DNA from: Camelus ferus
Taxonomy: Eukaryota
Assembly: GCF_009834535.1 (NCBI RefSeq)
Contig: NC_045696.1
Span: forward strand, 84,012,001 to 84,076,000
Length of the DNA stretch: 64,000 nt
Reading direction: 5' to 3'
Part shown: positions 50,190 to 64,000 of the stretch, one piece after another
Layout: each line of letters opens with the position of its first letter
How positions within the stretch are numbered: the stretch's first letter is position 1
Position numbers and translations under genes: made by a program
The notes under the pieces: model-generated
What the model was told of the DNA's origin: nothing
Databases searched by the model: none
The model's input: the letters and a program-made list of their open reading frames with translations, nothing else

Positions 50190-50900
50190 GGGAAGGGAAA
50201 GAAGCTGGCTTGCAAAGGTTGAGTAAGTTGGAGGAGAGAAAATTGAGACAGTGTGTGAACATGATTCCTTCAAGATGGCTCTCTGAAAGGAGGATGGGGC
50301 AGTAGCTAAAAGCAGATGGTAATGTCAAGGGAAGACTTTTAGCAAGTTCATGTGCTTTGATTATGTTGAAATGCTGATGAAAAGGACTCCATAGAGAGCA
50401 AGAGAATGATGATAGAAGAGATTCTCTGAGGTGATGGGAAAGGACATAGCCAGGAAACAGGAGAATTTCTGTTGTCACAGGAAGGAGGGAAATGGCTGCA
50501 GATGCAGATCAATCTCTGCGTGTGTGCAAAGGAACGAGGAAGTTCCAATATGGCTGATGTCTTCCTCCTCCTCTTCCTCCTTCCTCTCCTTCATTTCTGT
50601 GGATCAGAAGTCAAATGTCTCTATTAGAAACGGACAGGGAAATTATGAAGTAGATGGCTGAAGAATGAGAGTTAAGAGTTCAGCGAGGAAACATGGAATT
50701 CCTAGCAGTGTGGGAGGGACTTTTTGAGGTTGGCAACCATGTGTTTTATTATGATGGCACCATTCTGCCCATTTCTCTGATATTTGCCCATCAGTGTTCA
50801 GCAGCCTGGGTGTAGGCATGGAGAAAATGCTTTTCCAGGGCTATTGTTTCACTTGACACTTGGGATAAAAGGGTGAAATGATCCCTGGCCATACTCAAAG
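50190..50900 (-). mobile_element. L2 fragment
   Basis: ggagagaaaattgagacagtgtgtg...aaaggaggatggggcagtagcta. Confidence 0.55.
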
Positions 50901-51374
50901 GAGTGAGTAAAATGGTCAGAGATTGAAGTGTTGGCTTTCTGGTCTGAGAAAGTTACAAGAATAGGAAGGAGCTGATAATTTGGTTGAAAAAAATTTCCCC
51001 TAGAACCTGGGTTGGAATCTTTGTGACTTTTTAGTCATTTCCTGCTTACTTATTGATTCAGAGTCCCTACATAAACTTTATGTATATTATCAGAAACTTT
51101 AGGGTTCTAAGTAAATAGCTTTAATCAAAATTCCGTAAGACCATTTGGGTGTGCATATTCCAACCTCATATTTTTCTAGTTTGTTGATGAATGAGTTACC
51201 CTAAAGAGAATCGGATTTTCTTGAAGTCAGCATGTTTGTGGAATGATGAAAGTGGTCAGGAATTGGAAATCCTTGGTTGTAGGCCTATTTGTGGCGACAG
51301 TGAGTTATGTGACCTCAGAGAAGTCTTTTTAACTTCCTGGGCTTCAGGTTCTTGTTTTTAAATGAAGGTTTTAG

Positions 51375-52032
51375 CTTGTACCTTGTTGATGGGAATGTAA
51401 ATTGATGTAGCTACTGTGGAAAACTGTATGGAGGTTTCTTAAAAAACTAAAAATAGAACTACCGTATGCCCCAGCAATTCCACTCCTGGGTATATATCTG
51501 AAAAACAAACAAACAAACCAGAACCACTAATTCAAAAAGAACCCAAAGTTCATAGCAGCATTATTTACAATTGCCAAGATATGGAAGCAACCTAAGTGTC
51601 CATCAATAGATGAATGGATAAGGAAGATGTGGCATATATATACAATGAAATACTACTCAGCCATAGAAAAGAAGGGAATTTTACCATTTGCAGCAACATT
51701 GATGGACTTGGAGGGCATTATGCTAAGTGAAATAAATCAGACAGAGAAAGACAAATTCTCTATGATAACAGTTATATGTGGAACCCCCAAAATACAACAA
51801 ACTAGTGAATAGAACAAAAAAAGAAGCAGACTTACAGATACAGAGAACAAACTAGTGGTTACCAGTTGGGGGAGTGGAGGGTAAATTAGGAGTGGGGGAG
51901 TGGGAGGTACAAACTATTGGGTGTAGGACAGGCTACAAGGATGTATTGCACAACATGGGGAATATAGCCAATATTCTGTAATAACTGCAAATGAAGTGTA
52001 ACCTTTAAAACTGTAGAAAAATTAAAAAAAAA
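51375..52032 (+). mobile_element. 5'-truncated L1 (ORF2 end, 3' UTR, A-tail) inserted into a MIR
   Basis: ccagcaattccactcctgggtatatatc...gatggacttggagggcattatgctaagtgaaataa...A-tail; 16-bp TSD with 2 mismatches at 51359-51374 and 52033-52048. Confidence 0.92.
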
Positions 52033-53339
52033 TAAATGAAGGGTTTGGTATAGATTTTTTAAACTTCCTTCCAGCTCTAACATGCATGAAACTCATGGAT
52101 GCACACAATTTTTTGACTCCATCTACGGTTTCCAATGAAGAGACTGCAGTTGTTTTTTAAAAACAATATATATTTATCCTGCTGTAAGGATATTTCCAAA
52201 TAAAGATCAGTGAAGTTCAGTTGTCTCTTGGTTGCAATGGTCAGGCTCACCCCCGAGGCTTCTAAGCCTAGGCAAACAGACGATAGTGATAAACATCATT
52301 AAGGTCTAAAGCAGAAAATTAAAGACTTCCATAGACTTAGGGAAAAATGATATAGACAGTTACATATCCCAGAAATTATGATTTTTATTTAAAAGAGGAA
52401 GATAGATTTATAGATTTTTTTTTTTTAATCTTGCAGCTGCAATTCACCTCTAATTTACCAGGTGGGTACGAAATCTAACTGTTGAATTTTTGGTTCGGGA
52501 GCTTTTAGTTCCAAACCATTTCAAGTTCAGTACAGGGGTTTCGAGGCCTGTGTCTTTGCTAGTCACAAAATTTTAACTCCATTCAGACTGGTGAGCTTTT
52601 GAATCATTGATATCATAGTATCAATGAAAATTGAAACCAACTAAAATCCACTGAAGTGAGAGAAAAGAGCAATATGAACTTTGGCTGGCAGACGAGTCCC
52701 TTCTGTTCTGCTGTTCAGTCTCCTATGAACGTTCGTTGGTAGGTGAAAATTGCAGGGGATGATATAAACTGATGCATGTTTTGAAATAACACATCTCATC
52801 TTCTGCTCCAGAAGATGTTCACAGGCTTTGACAGCAAACTTTAATACATATTCATAACCAATGCATTTTAGAACCAAGGGAAATTGAGGCAAGTGCAACA
52901 GAATGAAGCATGAGGAAGCAGCATGTTAATTTTAAATTTAATTATAGGAACTGGGCAAAGGGTGCATTTTGATAGTGTATCCTCATTCAGCTGTCACAGA
53001 ACATTACCCCAAAAGCATGCTGAATATTTGACAGAAGAAATACTATTTTTGGTGAAGTGCTTAATAAAACTAGCAAGTTCTTGGGAAAATAAGATTCTGA
53101 GATCCTATTAGAAGCTATTTTTTATATAGAGGAAAGGAAGCAGTGCAAAATTCTAATTATCCCAAGGGTCGGGGCAGGTGGTGAAAAAGTTTTCAGACTA
53201 AAGAGGATTTCTGGTCTGTGCAAGATTTCAGTTCATGGAATGTTTTTGACATGCTTAAATGCTAAATTCAGTTTGAAATTAGGCAAAATAATAGTGTGAT
53301 TTTTTGTGATCTTTTTACTTCTGGTAACCTAGAGCCACA

Positions 53340-53497
53340 TGTCATCTGTTGTGATCAGCATTCTTGGGCTCCCTACTGCAGTGTAAGCATTTGAAGAGCA
53401 TAGACCTCCACTATCTTATTCAGAGCTGGTGCTAAGTGCTTAGAATAGTGTTTGGCACAGATCAGGCACTTAAGAAGTATTTGTTGAACGAATGAAT
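53340..53497 (+). mobile_element. L2 3' end
   Basis: gtgcttagaatagtgtttggcacag...gtatttgttgaacgaatgaat. Confidence 0.75.
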
Positions 53498-54049
53498 AAA
53501 AGAATCTGCCTCATGCTACCTTGTATGGTGTACATGCTCAATATATATTTATTAATAGATAGATCAGTGGATGGATGGATGGATGGAAATATTTCTCTAA
53601 GTGGCTCACACCTCACCATTTGATTTTCAGAATCTGAAAGTAAATATTCACTAACGGGTAAGGGCAGTGAAACTTGGATCAGAGACATGTTAACCTACTA
53701 CGAGCTTTGACAAAGGAGAAAATACCCAGGTTTCTGACCAAGTTGGATTATGCTCTTTCCATTGTTTCAAAGTGGGACTTGTATTCTAGTCTTGGGCAAA
53801 TCCCTGTTTCGTACAGAGTTAGAAGAAAAATTTCCTTTCCTCATTTCATGATAAAATATTGCTACAGGAAAGAGTTATGGAAAAAACTCACATAAATAAC
53901 ATTTCTAAGAGCTGGCAGATTTTGAAAGAATTGAGTGCTTGCTTTGGGAATGTTTGCTCTGTTTTGCCAGCAAGTATGTAAATGTTCAGGCTTCCTGGAA
54001 GTGATTTTTAGAAACTGGTTGATGACTCTTAAGAGGAGTGTGAAGACCC

Positions 54050-54570
54050 CAGCTTGGTGCGGGTCTTGGGTATAGGCGGTCTCATACTTTGTTAATGGAA
54101 ATGTAAATGTGTTCAGTCTTTTGGAGGAAGATTTGGCAAAATACATCAAAAACTTCAAGAATGTGCAAATTCTTTGACTTAGCAATTCTCCTTCTAGGGA
54201 ATTTCCCTCAGGAAATAACTGGACGGCTAAGCCAAAGATATATGTGCAGAAATGTTTGTTGCAGGGTTGCTGATATGAAAGGGTAAAGCACTGGGAACAA
54301 CTGAAATTTTTAATACATTGTATGCCTTCTCCATAGAAAACTGTGTGGCCATTAATATATGTTGTGCAAGGCAAAGCTTCATGGTTGATGTAAAGTGGAA
54401 AAGGCAGGACACAAAGATAAGGAAATCATGACACCATTTGGTAAATAATGCACAGTATTTCTATTCCTGTCTAGGAAAAAATCTGATAAGCTGATGCCAT
54501 TATGAGGATTTTAATTTTGGCTTATCTATATTTTGTTTTTTCTATACTAAACATGAATTTTTTTGTGTAA
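54050..54570 (+). mobile_element. Old L1ME fragment
   Basis: ctcatactttgttaatggaaatgtaaat...tttgacttagcaattctccttctagggaattt. Confidence 0.7.
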
Positions 54571-57500
54571 AAATAAATGATTTTTAAAATGTGTTGGCAC
54601 ACTCACATGTTGCTGATTGAAAGCATCTCTTTTTGATGAAACAAGGGCTGTCAGTTTTCTTAAAAAGGGTATACTTTTGGAAGTTTACACTTCGGTTTAG
54701 TGCTCAGGTTTTATATAAGTTACAGTGAAATCCAAATTTTAACAAAGCTCAAAAGCTGAAGGGAATTTTACAGAATTCATGCTTTTTTTTTTTTCTTTAA
54801 AAATAAAAGATGGGTCACAAGAACTGACTGTAGCTGCAGAAAATGCTTTCTAGGCAAAAGGAAATGATTTTTTAAATATTCTTTGAAAAAGAGTCAGGAA
54901 GACAGGAAGATTTTCTAAAGGTCTAAAGTTGTGCTTGCTAAGAAAATCAACCAGACATTCTGGGTACATTTCTTGCAAGAACAGTTGAAGGCAATAGCTG
55001 GTTATTTTCTCACTCAATAGTTACATAGACATAGCAAAATAAATTTATTAATATTATCTTAGTAAAGGCTGAATGAGAATATGTTTTCTAATGGATCGTA
55101 CATGCTTCTCTTTTATTAAAAGAGGAGTTCTAGTAGATGCAGGGGTACTTTTTATCTCAAAAAGACTGGACAGAGAATCGTGACTAATAGGAGTGAAAGG
55201 GTATACTTGAAAACACTATTAGGTAGTTTTTATTTGGAAGGCCTACATTCAAATTGGAACAAACTGTCTGTGGGAAGAACATTTTATTAAAGCCATACTA
55301 ATTAAATTTTCAGTTGAAGGGACTGAGAATTAATTATTTTGTGCTCTATGTTTTATATTGAAATCCAATTTCCTAAATTCTTAATATTTCCCTAGCTATA
55401 CTAAACATATGCTTGTGAATTTAACTTGATGTGAATGTGTCTTCAACAGGAATAAATAATGTTTAAATAAAATTGTTCAATGTAAAGAGGGCCTTATATA
55501 CAGATTATCTTACTGAACCCTCATTCAAACCCTGGAGAGGTTCTGACTGGCCTGTGGTCATGGCAAATGCAGGCATAAAACCCAGATGCTAACTGAATTA
55601 GTACTAATTTAAATATATATGCATATGTGTATATGCGTGCATAACTAAATATATATCTTAAAATATGGCTGAAAGATAAATTATTTTGCCACTTAATGCT
55701 GAATCTAATATAGTTTACAACCAAATCATGGTATATGCAAACTCATTTTTAGAATGAAGGATTTTCTTCTTTCTTTCTATGGAGTTATCTTCCGCCAAGT
55801 TCAGGATGGAAACTTCCAGCTCACCTAAAATCCACAGAGCCCAGTACAAATGGCTCAAGATAAGACAGAAGCTGTAATTACTCACGGTGATGAAATGTCA
55901 TACTTGGTTGTGGGAAATAGTCTTGGTTTCTGAAAACAGGTTAACTTTTCTTTCCCTGGGCTCACTTAGGACAGTGTTCTGTTTGTGCCTTTGAGAAAGG
56001 ACAGCTGAAACAGTGTGTGCAGTTGCTATTTCATACTAAGGCAGCATCCATCGTCTGTCCCTGTGACAGCAGTGGTCATGGAAACGGAAGGCTTCAGACA
56101 ACACTGTTAGTGGACACAGTCTTCTGACCCAGTTGGATCACTTTTAGAACCAACCAGTTAGCAACTGGCCACCTCTGATAGGAAGGACTGATTTACTGAA
56201 ATTAGTAATTGTGTACACTTCCAGAGCCTTACACACACACATACACACACACATCAACAAACAAATTTTGCTTCATCTTCAGGGAAGAGTCTTTGCTGGC
56301 ATGATGACTCCATTTATAGTCCTTTTATTCTTTAAGCCCTTTAGCAGCCAGTTAATGTTTATTGATTATAAATTACTGGACTCACATTAAATGACACCAT
56401 ATGGTAGATATACATTAAATTAGCAACTAAACCTGATAGCACCTCTAAGATTTAGTTATTATTGTCCCTATTTAGAGGTGCAACAACTGAGGCTGAAGCT
56501 TAGAGCTCCAAGTCTGCAATCCCACAGTCTCCCTACCACGGCTGTGGTATGTACAATATACTGGAATGAACAGATGAATTCTAGTCCTGGAATCTTAATG
56601 GGAGCCACTGATAAAATGAGAATGAATTGTGTGGTAAAAGTCAATGCATTTACAATTTTAAGCTTGAGTAAAAAATTTACATACCTTAATTGTACATTTA
56701 AGAAATGTATTAAAGCTGGCATATAATAGAATTAATAAACATAAGCCACACATCAATCAAGGCATAATGCTTCTTGAACAAGTTAGAATTTTTTAAGTAA
56801 AAGCAAATTCCTAAATTATAACGGAAGATATGGCAAAACCATGGTTTTATTTTCAAATTGAAAACAAAAAAGCTAATGAGTGAACAATCAGTAATAGAAT
56901 TGTCAAGTATATCATACAATTGCATTTCTCTGTCACATTTCATAAATTGGAAGCATTTCTCAAATCTTCCCCTAGTGCATAGTGGCATTATTAATGTGCA
57001 GAAAATTATGAAGTTGATTGTGTATGTTACCTTGGGGAAGAAAATTTGTTTTCTTCTTTGTTTATGGTCTATTTGCAATTCCATATACTAGGATAGAAAA
57101 AAAGAAGTTGTCTTGGTGTTGTCAGTCAGAACAGTTTTTCATTCGTAGAAATAAAAATAAATTACAAAACTCATAGGAAGAAAATACTTTAAGATTCAGC
57201 TTTAAAGTGTTTTTTGTTAAAGGGATAATGACATAGATTGGAGGGTTGATTGATGTCATTATGCAATAGTTTAAAATAAAAGATCAACGTTGACTTAGCT
57301 TTCAGAAACAGTTTGCAGTTTTGGCTCAGATGGAGTGTTTTTTAAGATCAAATTTCTTTCTGTACTCTTAAAATCTGGGTCACTGAAAATTTTCCATCTA
57401 TCTAAACTCTTTAAACTGAAAATAATTTAACAAAGATAAGAATGATGGACCTCTGAGTAGTTCAAAGGGCTAGATACCAATTATTTCTCAGAAAGTTAAT

Positions 57501-57571
57501 TTAATTAATTAAACTAACTTCTGTTGAATGCTTGATTGATTACTTAGTTCTTGCACAAATGATATCTCAGT

Positions 57572-59959
57572 CTTTTTTTTCTTCATTAAGATTATATTTT
57601 TAGAGCAGTTTTAGGTTCACAACAAAATAAAGAGGAAGGTACAGAGATTCCTCATATTCTCCCCACCCTGACCCATGCATACCCTCCCCAATTATCCGCA
57701 TCCCCCATCAGCGTAGTACATTTGTTACAATTCATAAATCTACTTTGACACATCAAAATCGCCCAAAGTCCACAGTTTACATTAGGGTTCACTCTTGGTG
57801 CTTCTATGGGTTTAGACAAATGTACAATGATATGTATCCATCATTATGGTAGCATTCAGAGTAGTTTCACTGCCCTGAAAATTCCCTATGTTCTGCCTAT
57901 TAATCGTCCCCCACTTCTCTAATCCCTGGCAACTATTGATCTTTTCACTTCCTACATAATTTAGCCTTTTCTAGAATGTCATGTAGTTGGAATCATACAG
58001 CATGTAACCTTTTCAGATTGGCTTCTTTCAGTTAGTAGTATGCATTTAAGTTTCCTCCATTTCTTTTCATGGCTCAATAGCTCATTTCTTTTTAGCACTG
58101 AATAATATTCTGCTCTGTGGATGTGCTGTGGTTTATTTATCCATTCACCTATGAAGGACATCTTGGTTGCTTCCAAGCATCGGCAGTTATGAATAAAAGC
58201 TGCTATAAAGATCGGTGTGCAGGCTTTCCTGTGGATATAAGTTTTCTAATCCTTTGGGTAAGTGCTAAGGAGTGTGATTGCTGGATCTACATATGGTAAG
58301 AGTATGTTCAATTTTGTAGGAAACCACTAAATTCTCTTTCAAATTGAATTTACATTCCCACCAGCAATGTATTAGAGTTTCTGTTGCTCTACAACCTTGC
58401 CAGCATATACTGTTGTCAGTGTTTCCGATTTTGACCATTCTAATAGATATGTAGTGATATCTCATTGTTGTTTTCATTTGTACTTCCCTGATGATATATG
58501 ATGTGGAGCATCTTTTCATATGCTTACTTGCCATCTGCATATCTTCTTTAGTGAGGTATCCATTAAGGTCTTTGATCCATTTTTAATTTGATTGTTTGTT
58601 TTCTTTTTGTTGAACTTTAAGAAATTCTTTGTATATTTTGGATTAATTTTTTATCAGATGTGCCTTTTGAAAATATTTTCCCATCTATGGCTTGTCTTCC
58701 AGTTCTCTTGACATTGTTTTACATTTTAATGAAATCCACATTATGAATTCTGTCTTTCATGGGTTGTGCCTTTGGTGTTGCATCTAAAAAGTCATCACCA
58801 AAATCTAGGTCACTTAGGTTTGCTTCTATGTTATCTTCTAGGAGATTTATAGTTTTATATCTTACATTTAGGTTTGTGATCTATTTTGAGTTAATCTTTG
58901 TGAAGGGTGTAAAGTCTGTGTCTAGATTCATTTTTTACTATGTGATGTCCAGTTATCTCAGCACCATTTGTTGAAAACCTTATCTTTTCTTCATTGCATT
59001 GCCTTTGGTCCTTTGTTAAAAATCAGTTGACTATATTTATATGGGTCTATTTCAGGGCTCTCTATTCTGTTTTACTGATCTAATTGTATATTCTTATGCC
59101 AATACCACACTGCGTGGGTTACTGTAGTCTTATAATAATATAATAAGTCTTAAAGTTAGATAGAGTCACTTCTCCGACTTTGTTCTTGTCCTTCAATATT
59201 GTGCTATCTCATCTTGATCTTTGGCCTCTCTATATAAAGTTAGAATCAGTTTGTCAATATCCACAAAATAACTTGCTGAGATTTTTCCTGGGATTTCATG
59301 GAATCTATAGATCATCTTGGGAAGAACTGAGATCTTGCCAATATTGAGTCTTCCTATCTATGAACATGGAATATCACTCCAGTTATTGATTTTGTTGATA
59401 GGAGCTTTTAGTTTTCCTCATATAAATATTATACACATTTTTGTTAGATTTATATGTGTTTCATTTTTGAGGATGCTAATGTAAGGTGGTATTGTGGTCT
59501 TAATACCAAATTTGACTTGTTCATTGCTGGTTATAGGAAAGCAGTTGACTTTTTTATATTAATCTTGTATCCTGCAGTCTTGCTATAATTGCTTATTAAC
59601 TTCAGGAGTTTTTTGTTGATTCCTTCAGATTTTCTAGTAGATGATCATGTCATCTGATAACAAAGACAGTTTTATTTCTTTCTTCACAATCTTTATACTT
59701 TTATTTGCTTTTCTTGTCTTATTGCAGTAGATCTTTGAGTACGATGTTGAGAAGCAATGGTGAGAGGAAGATATCCTTGCCTTGTACCTGATCTTAGTAG
59801 GAATGCTTCAGATTTCTTACCATTAAGTATATTGTTAGCTGTATGTTTTTGTCAGATATTCTTTATCAAGTTGAGGAAGTTTCTTTCCATTTTTAGTTTA
59901 CTGAGAGTTTTTATCATGAATGAGTGCTGAATTCTGTCAAATGCTTTTTCTGCATCTAT
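57572..59959 (-). mobile_element. ~2.4 kb 5'-truncated L1 (L1MC1-like) inserted into a MIR
   Basis: tttttagagcagttttaggttcacaacaaaat 3' end; degraded ORF2 (ORFs 57979-58176 and 58265-58540); TSD tgatat(c/g)tcagt at 57560-57571 and 59960-59971; MIR resumes at 59972-60130. Confidence 0.92.
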
Positions 59960-60245
59960 TGATATGTCAGTTAACCTTCATAATAATTTTCTTGAGGTTG
60001 GTATTTTGCTATAACCACTTTACAGATGGGAAAATTAAGCTTCAACAGTGAAGGAACTTGCCAGTACTTCCCACAATTTCTGGTGGAACCAGGATTAAAC
60101 TTACAGTTGTTGGACCTGCTCTATAATATGCTGCTTCCTAGTGCTTACTGTCAGTTCTGACTCTTTGGCTCTGAGGAAATAGACTCTCTCATTATGAAGG
60201 ACACCAAACTAAACAGCCTATTAATTTATGTACTTACTTGAAATA

Positions 60246-60889
60246 CAGATGATTCTCATCATTCACAGATTCTGCATTTGTGAATTTGCCTGCTTGCTAA
60301 AATTTATTTGTGACCCCTAAATCAATACTCAGGACACCTTCGTGGTCATTCACAGACATGTATACAGTTGTAAAAAGTTGCCATCTTCCAGCGTGTCTTT
60401 GCCATGCTGAACGCAAACACGGTGACACCTGTCTTCTTATTCTAACTCTTGTACTGTAAACAAGTGTCCTATTTGTGCTCTACTTAGTTCAGGTTTTTGC
60501 ATTTTGTGCTTTTTGTTGGTGATTTCACTGTTTAAAAAGGGCCCCAAAGTGTAGTGGTAAAGTTTTGTCTAGTGTTCCTAAGTGCAAGAAAGCTGTAATG
60601 TGCCTTATGGAGAAAATATGTGTGTTGGATAAGCTTCAGTCAGTCATGAGTTATAGCGTGTTGGCCATGAATTCAATGTTAATGAATTAACAATATATAT
60701 TAAAATGTCTTCAATGGAATCAGATGTAAAACAAAACTATGAATTGATCTGCTGATGAAAATACTGTGACCAGAGGCTCACAGAAACCTAACTCTGGATT
60801 TCCCATAGGAGCAATGCTTCAGTATCTGCTAATTTTGTGTTTGCAGAGACTTTATAGAACAAAACTACCATGAATAACAAAAATCAGCT
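60246..60889. mobile_element. MER82-like TcMar-Tigger element
   Basis: ta|cagatgattctcatcattc ... gaataacaaaaatcagct inverted termini. Confidence 0.8.
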
Positions 60890-61029
60890 TATAAAGTTTC
60901 ACTGTTTTTGTAATGGTGTCTTCTTCATAGAGGGGACTCCTTGCCCTTGGATTAAAGTTTTGCTGTGATAAAATTTTACTGGCTGTCCTATACTCTCTTC
61001 AGGGATTCACCCATTTTCTCTAAACCGCT

Positions 61030-61345
61030 ACATTTGCTTCTTACTGACGGGATAACAAATTACCACAAACTTAGTAGCTTAAAACTCACAAATTTATTAT
61101 TTTACAGTTGTACAACTCAGAATTCCAAAATGGGTTTTGCAGGGCTAACATCAAGGTGTTGTCAGGGTTGTCTTCCTTCTGGAGGTTCTGGGGGATAATC
61201 TGTTTCCTTGCCTTTTCCAGCATCTAAAGGCCACCTGCATTCCTTGGTTCATAGCGCAGCATCACTCTGACCTCTGCATCCATCATCATATCAAACCTGT
61301 GACTCTCCTACCTCCCTCTGCTAATTATAAGGACATTTGTAATGG
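61030..61345 (-). mobile_element. MLT1D-like MaLR LTR
   Basis: ataacaaattaccacaaacttagtagcttaaa...tgccttttccagcatctaaaggccacctgcattccttgg. Confidence 0.85.
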
Positions 61346-61540
61346 AGGATGTCAGCTTGTGGGCCTGTCAATTATTTGCTGCTCAGCCCAAACTCACTTA
61401 AGTATAGCACTGTCATAAAGTAGAAGATATTTTTCTTTGCATCTTGGAAGAAATGCTGATTAGATCCACCTTTGGGGTAGCACAATGCTCTGGTACTTAG
61501 GATGCTTTCACTGTTGTCTTGTTTTTATTCCTGTTTCTAG

Positions 61541-61984
<444 letters not shown>

Positions 61985-62539
61985 TAGTCTTTATAAATAA
62001 ACGTATGGCTTGTAAAAGGGGGGAAATGAAGGGACAGGGCTCTGATCAATAGCAAGTATAACACTAGCTGTGACAGAGAGCTGCATTAGTCTTCTGTACC
62101 TCTCATCTGACCTGGACGGAATGCAAGTAAAGCCAAGTGAGTTAGTCTATTCCCCAAGCTGTTATGTTGTGTGCCTTTAAATGACAAGGCTGATAGCAAC
62201 TCAGATTCTTGGCTCTGTCCCAAATGTGGCATGCTGCAGGACTAGCTGATAAGACCTTTATGACTCCATAGATTTTTAGCAGAGTCATGGATCTATCTGC
62301 AGAGCTGAGAAGCTGCATCAGTGGACAGCATGGCTCAAAGCAATTTCAGGAAACTGCTTATCTGATTTTGACCACTGAACTAGTCAGTTTCTTAATTTTA
62401 ATGGGTAGAGACCATGCAGTTCAAATATCCTCATATAAATATACCTATGAGCAAGATAACATACTGAAAGGAAAATTAGTTTGTGGGGGAAGAATGCAGC
62501 CTAAAGAATCCATATTCTTAGTATTTTCACATTAAGTAG

Positions 62540-63750
62540 ATGGTAAATTTTACTATGGAAAATTGAAGTGCACACACAAGCAGAGATAACAGCATTAAGA
62601 ACCAATATCCACTCTTAGCCATTTTCAATTCATAGCCAGTCTTGTTTCAGCTACATCTCCCCTCTTTTGAAATCCAAAACATCCAATTATTTAATATGTA
62701 AATACTTTATTATTTCTAAAAATGCCTCTCTTTTTAGCATAACCATAATATATCACATTTAATATCAATAGCAATAATTCCTTAATACCATCAAATATCC
62801 AACCATGTACCTGTTTCCTTGTCTTAAGATTTTTTGATAGTTTGTTAATCGTTTGATAGTTTGTTTGAATCAAGATCTGAATAAGGTTCAAACATTATGA
62901 ATGGTTGATATATCTTTTTTGATCCAGACGTTTTCTTCTATCTCTTCTTTATTCTTGTGTTTTGTTGTTCTTGTTGCTGTTGCTGTTTTTGTTAAAGAAA
63001 CTAGGTGTGTGTCCTTTAGAGTTTCTCAGTCTAGATTTCACAGATTGTATTTACATGGAGATGTTTAACTGGGCCACCTGCTCCCTGTGTTTTCAGTAAA
63101 TTGGTAGTCAAGTCTAAAGTCTTGATGGTTTGTTTATATTGGAATAGATGTTCCTCAATCAGGAAGCATGAAATGCCTGGTTCTTTCTCTTCTTGGGATG
63201 TTAACAGTTACTGCTGACTATTCCTAGATCCATCGATTTATTAAGGGTTGCAAGATGACGATATTCTAATTTCATCCTTTCCTGTTTCTTTAGAAATACC
63301 TTTATAAAAAGAAATTCCCTTTGTCAATTATTTAGCCATCATGTAAAACAAATTGTATAACAAAGGCAGAATAAATGCTTAATTCTTTACTTTTATTTAG
63401 CAGTATTCAAAATAATTAGCTAGTCTTTTAATATCCTCTAAAGATGAAAATGAATACTACTATCATTATTGTTATCAATACCAATACAAACTCATAGGTT
63501 TAAATTTGATTTGTTTAAACCCACTGAGTTATTATCCTCTACCAAAAATTGTGCCATCTTTGGATAATGGAACTAATACAAGTCAATGTCTGAGTCTTTT
63601 TTGATATAACAATAGCAGTCGTTGAAAGCTCCTTTGTTTGCTGGTATGACAAGATGTTCTAGGATCATCTTGTGTATCTATTATTCTGGGCCTAGAATCA
63701 GCCATTTCTCTAAAGAGCCAGATTCTTTTAAGTGGGAAAAGTATGTTCTA
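62540..63750 (-). mobile_element. Old L1 (L1MC4-like) 3' region
   Basis: taataccatcaaatatcca...gtttgtttgaatcaagatc...caagatgttctagg...gaatcagccatttctctaaagagcc. Confidence 0.75.
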
Positions 63751-63774
63751 CTGCTTAGACCCATAAAGAGTAAT

Positions 63775-63960
63775 CATTATCATCATCGTACGCTCTAATC
63801 TTCTTCTCAAGATCACCATGAAGGAAATAGTATTCCCCCTTCAAAAATGAGAGACTGGGCAAGGAGATATTGTTTAATTTGACCCAGTCACACAGGATGT
63901 AATCAATGTTGCAAGATCTGTAAACCAAGGCAACCTGATTTCAGAACTTGTGCTTTGCTG
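63775..63960 (-). mobile_element. MIR fragment
   Basis: taatcttcttctcaag...aaatgagagactggg...ccagtcacacag. Confidence 0.5.
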
Positions 63961-64000
63961 CCTCAATGGTGACAGCCGACGTTATATCCAGCTCTTTCTT

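Noticed and set aside
53862..54374. 170-aa minus-strand ORF (longest in the track)
   Set aside because: Mostly the antisense of a decayed L1 fragment; no recognisable protein
57979..58974. Active L1 ORF2
   Set aside because: Fragmented by stops and frameshifts and 5'-truncated

Overview
Mammalian genomic DNA, AT-rich and dominated by introns and repeats. It is most likely camelid, judged from a vic-1-type tRNA-derived SINE at 19344-19504. Two genes lie in tandem on the + strand. PDCD10/CCM3 contributes its last six coding exons (7249-20146, residues 33-212, intact) and its 3' UTR with a poly(A) signal at 20525. WDR49 (CFAP337) contributes its first two coding exons (37518-37685 and 61541-61981), separated by a ~23.9 kb intron. 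That intron holds a 5'-truncated RPL27A processed pseudogene (49535-49821). The rest is largely MIR, L2, L1, MaLR/ERV LTR and hAT/Tigger relics plus microsatellites. Nearly all entries in the ORF track are chance or repeat-derived. I see no convincing new multi-gene system. The best unexplained signals concern splicing and regulation: the RPL27A retrocopy is framed by a strong acceptor and donor and could be a WDR49 poison exon; a stop-containing micro-exon candidate lies upstream of UG repeats in PDCD10; complementary (UG)26 and (AC)21 tracts share one intron; there is a near-consensus CTCF site; and RFX/forkhead/MYB/CRE motif clusters occur at and inside WDR49. Gene and repeat identities come from recalled sequences, not database searches, so repeat subfamily names and boundaries are approximate.
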